From contig JAQFVV010000008.1 in assembly GCA_028023455.1 (NCBI GenBank), positions 5,828,001 through 5,892,000 of the forward strand: 64,000 nt of DNA, written 5' to 3'. The notes under the pieces are model-generated. The model did not search any database. It was not told the DNA's origin and worked only from the letters and a program-made list of their open reading frames with translations. Shown here in pieces: positions 63,284 through 64,000 of this stretch. This DNA is from Epiperipatus broadwayi (Eukaryota > Animalia > Onychophora). Position 1 is the stretch's first letter. Every line of letters starts with the position of its first letter. The translations under genes were made by a program, and so were the position numbers.

Positions 63284-64000
63284 AATTACTAACCCATATT
63301 GTCTATTTGTGTGTTATTATTAACAAGTTGTTTGTATTTGGAAAGTTTAAATAAAGTTTAAAATGTTCTATACATTCAACATTCACTCATAAATGGTGGA
63401 AATAGTCCAACATATCACATCTTATAATATACCATCATTATCAACTAATCCACACTTAAGTCACCCATAAATACTACTAAAAAAGATATACATCAAATAA
63501 TAATATATCAAATTCTAGAATGACACTTTTATATTATCTACATAAAGTAAGAACAGTAAAAATAAATTGTGGAAAACTCAAATTAATATATATATATATA
63601 TATATATATAATTATAATGGGATGGCCTATTTGATAGCCTTGGTTAAAGCACCAAATATAATGAATGGCATTTAATCATCCCAGTTGATGCATCAAATAT
63701 AATATAATCGATTATATTTAATGCTTGGAAATCATTAACTTAATGCTTCACAGTTAGGTTCGCCAAATATAACAGAATGGATTATATTTAAAATCTAAGT
63801 TGGTCTTGTTAAATATAAGGAGATGATTAAATTCCCTAGAAAGAGGATATGCATTTCACTACAATCAAACTTTGGGTCTTCAGGTAGAATGCTAGAAATG
63901 AATCGATGAAATACTAAGTCCATGATTATATCTATCTTTATTATACTAGCTCAATAATCTTTAAATAAGTTTTAATATAATTTAGACTAGTTCATCCATT

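Larger units (their letters stand above)
61516..63425. mobile_element. Penelope-like element 3' end as a 1.9-kb head-to-head palindrome (arms 61516-62466 and 62482-63425, 15-bp spacer)
   Basis: Each arm: GIY-YIG coding end, AT-rich tail, tRNA-derived segment, minimal HHR, terminal sequence. Confidence 0.95.

Overview
Very AT-rich, CpG-depleted eukaryotic (probably invertebrate animal) DNA with no host protein-coding gene that I can support. The window is mostly decayed mobile elements: RTE-like LINE fragments, a near full-length CR1/L2-group LINE (PHD + SGNH-esterase ORF1, APE-RT ORF2), a hAT transposase relic, a Tc1/mariner-type (pogo/Tigger-like) non-autonomous element, Ty3/Gypsy LTR relics and several Penelope-like (PLE) remnants. 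The standout signal is RNA-level. At least 13 type I hammerhead ribozyme (HHR) motifs can be read by eye. They fall into a ~458-bp tandem retrozyme-like family, a second HHR + B-box family, and minimal PLE-type HHRs, one kind lying just downstream of a tRNA-derived head. Almost all sit in head-to-head inverted duplications with 3' ends pointing outward, the same architecture as a 1.9-kb palindromic PLE GIY-YIG end. Two palindromes show a centre-to-edge divergence gradient, and most HHR copies are damaged at catalytic G8/G12, largely by CpG decay. Segment 13604-14454 looks like noisy read/vector-polylinker carry-over between two XbaI sites. All alignments and folds were done by eye; boundaries of decayed elements are approximate.
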